In this document: positions 16,768 through 16,863 of the stretch, piece after piece | Layout of the letters: each line of letters opens with the position of its first letter | Position numbering within the stretch: the stretch's first letter is position 1 | Assembly (NCBI GenBank): GCA_044351935.1 | Contig: JBILET010000005.1 | Span: 1 to 16,863, forward strand | Origin: Bdellovibrionota bacterium | Lineage (GTDB): Bacteria > Bdellovibrionota_C > UBA2361 > JBIKWN01 | DNA: 16,863 nt | Reading direction: 5' to 3' | Notes under the pieces: generated by a model | The model's database searches: none | Told to the model about the DNA's origin: nothing | What the model saw: only the letters and a program-made list of their open reading frames with translations | Made by a program: the position numbers and the translations under genes

Positions 16768-16863
16768 GGATATATTATTACCATGAGCCAGTATAAGCTG
16801 TCGATGATACCTATTATCCTTAATTAACTTACGCTAACTGGATAATTTCGTTTAGAAGCTGGT

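Noticed and set aside
15484-16786. ORFs 15484..15726(-), 16028..16234(+), 16460..16786(+)
   Set aside because: They are antisense to the SPFH-like and meaB genes, whose conserved motifs fix the true frames.
1-16863. CRISPR arrays, tRNA/rRNA genes, IS elements, integrases, phage genes
   Set aside because: I saw no direct-repeat-spacer periodicity, no T-loop/anticodon-stem-like segments in the non-coding gaps, and no transposase or integrase motifs in any ORF.

Overview
This 16.9-kb window is AT-rich (about 35-40% GC by eye) bacterial chromosomal DNA, densely packed with genes on both strands. I found no rRNA, tRNA, CRISPR array, transposase or integrase signature. Seven genes are recognisable housekeeping or metabolic genes: ubiE/menG methyltransferase, an alpha2-type glycyl-tRNA synthetase, SppA signal-peptide peptidase, an acyl-CoA-dehydrogenase-family protein, a DUF59 Fe-S assembly protein, a secreted S8 subtilisin and the MeaB GTPase. 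The left end carries the 5' part of a large cysteine-rich gene with a TadE-like (Flp-pilus pseudopilin) N-terminus, running off the window on the minus strand. Divergent from it is a clearly more AT-rich two-gene cassette: a 672-aa protein with about 14 transmembrane helices and a GT-C-like architecture, followed by a 391-aa orphan protein. I consider this cassette the most likely undescribed system here, possibly a pilin/adhesin glycosylation or surface-modification module. Other unexplained genes are a membrane protein resembling a degenerate histidine kinase fused to a degenerate receiver, a single-pass membrane protein divergent from an SPFH/band-7 lipoprotein, and a small polytopic membrane protein wedged between ubiE and glyQS. 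All functional calls come from motif-level reading of the translations, with no database search, and should be treated accordingly.
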